A DNA stretch of 64,000 nucleotides from Dromaius novaehollandiae (taxonomy: Eukaryota): NCBI RefSeq assembly GCF_036370855.1, contig NC_088135.1, forward strand, positions 62,001 through 126,000, given 5' to 3'. The position numbers and the translations under genes were made by a program. Under the pieces are notes generated by a model. The model did no database searches, was not told the origin of the DNA, and was given only the letters and a program-made list of their open reading frames with translations. Of the stretch, positions 62,951 to 64,000 are shown in pieces; position 1 is the stretch's first letter, and each line of letters begins with the position of its first letter.

Positions 62951-64000
62951 GGTCGTTAGGGGCCGGCGGCTGACGAGGACCAAGCAGTTAATTAGCGCCG
63001 CGCGGCTAATTGCCCCCCCCCGCCCCTCCCCCGCTTTGGGTTTATTTAAAGGCAATAAAAGACTCGAGTTAATTAACGGTGACTTAATTACGGGCCGCGG
63101 TTGGGGGGGGGAGGGGAGGGGGCCCAGGCGTCCGGGTTTGGGGGGGGGGTTGGGGCAGCCGGACGCCTGGGCCCCTTGTTGGGGGGTGGGGGGGGTGAGG
63201 GAGGGCCCACGGCAGTGCCCGGACGCCTGGGCCCCTTTTCCCGGACGCCTGGGCCCCTTTCCCGGACGCCTGGGCCCCTTCCCGGACGCCTGGGCCCTCT
63301 CCCGGACGCCTGGGCCCCTTTCCCGGACGCCTGGGCCCCTCGTCCCGGACGCCTGGGCCCTTTTCCCGGACGCCTGGGCCCCTTCCCGGACGCCTGGGCC
63401 CCTCACCCGGACGCCTGGGCCCCTTTCCCGGACACCTGGGCCCTTTTCCCGGACGCCTGGGCCCCTTCCCGGACGCCTGGGCCCCTTCCCCGGACGCCTG
63501 GGCCCCTCTCCCGGACACCTGGGCCCCTCACCCGGACGCCTGGGCCCCTTTCCCGGACGCCTGGGCCCTTTTCCCGGACACCTGGGCCCCTTTTCCCGGA
63601 CACCTGGGCCCCTTTCCCGGACACCTGGGCCCCTTTTCCCGGACACCTGGGCCCCTCCCGGACGCCTGGGCCCCTTTCCCAGACGCCTGGGCCCTTCACC
63701 CGGACGCCTGGGCCCCTTTCCCGGACGCCTGGGCCCCTCTCGGACACCTGGGCCCTTTTCCCGGACGCCTGGGCCCCTCCCTGGATGCCTGGGCCCCTTC
63801 CCGGACGCCTGGGCCCCTCTCGGACGCCTGGGCCCCTCTCGGACGCCTGGGCCCCTTTCCCGGACGCCTGGGCCCCTCCTGGACACCTGGGCCCTTTCCC
63901 GGACGCCTGGGCCCTTCACCCGGACGCCTGGGCCCCTCCCGGACGCCTGGGCCCTTCTCCCGGACGCCTGGGCCCCTCCCGGACGCCTGGGCCCTTCACC

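Noticed and set aside
62939-63919. ORF 62939..63919(-) (326 aa) and a bidirectional AATAAA / TTTATTTAAA at about 63040-63060 as a gene downstream of PNP
   Set aside because: The ORF is minisatellite-derived. The poly(A)-like hexamers are isolated, with no recognisable exon nearby, so no gene call is supported from sequence alone.
1-64000. A prokaryotic defence, CRISPR or other novel operon-type system
   Set aside because: The sequence is clearly eukaryotic. It has spliceosomal GT/AG introns, a conserved vertebrate gene order, CpG-island bidirectional promoters and AATAAA signals. The tandem repeats have no unique spacers, so there is no CRISPR-like architecture.

Overview
This 64 kb window is an extremely GC-rich vertebrate locus. 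From gene content and base composition it is probably an avian microchromosome segment, but that is an inference. It carries the conserved block TEP1(-) / OSGEP(-) / APEX1(+) / PIP4P1 (TMEM55B)(-) / PNP(+). This is the gene order of human 14q11.2, except that no KLHL33 lies between TEP1 and OSGEP. I reconstructed all five genes by translating candidate exons and matching them to the human proteins from memory. No database search was run. The exons are short, with GT/AG boundaries and consistent phases. OSGEP sums to 335 codons. APEX1 sums to 312 aa. PNP sums to 327 aa in frame. The exons sit as small unique islands in introns filled almost entirely with tandem satellites. The dominant one is a 20-21 bp unit, GGGGCCCAGGCGTCCGGGAA(A), present in hundreds of copies in both orientations. 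Because both strands are GC-rich, there are very long repeat-derived ORFs on every frame that look collagen-like (GPRRPGK...). None of these is a gene. There is no prokaryotic system, CRISPR array or RNA gene that I can support. The most interesting observations are listed under findings. (1) Several satellites are built from captured exon edges: the last 8 codons and stop of APEX1, the 3' end and donor of APEX1 exon 3, and the acceptor plus first ~24 nt of PNP exon 6. (2) Two bidirectional promoters consist of tandemly amplified transcription-factor modules: an ETS and CCAAT array for OSGEP/APEX1, and a 5x ~105 bp CCAAT plus CACGTG (CLEAR-like) unit for PIP4P1/PNP. (3) PNP carries an acidic repeat expansion in its C-terminal coding exon. 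(4) A TEP1 exon changes reading frame at a G7 homopolymer, and the PIP4P1 exon 1 / exon 2 junction is 1 nt short at a C8 homopolymer.
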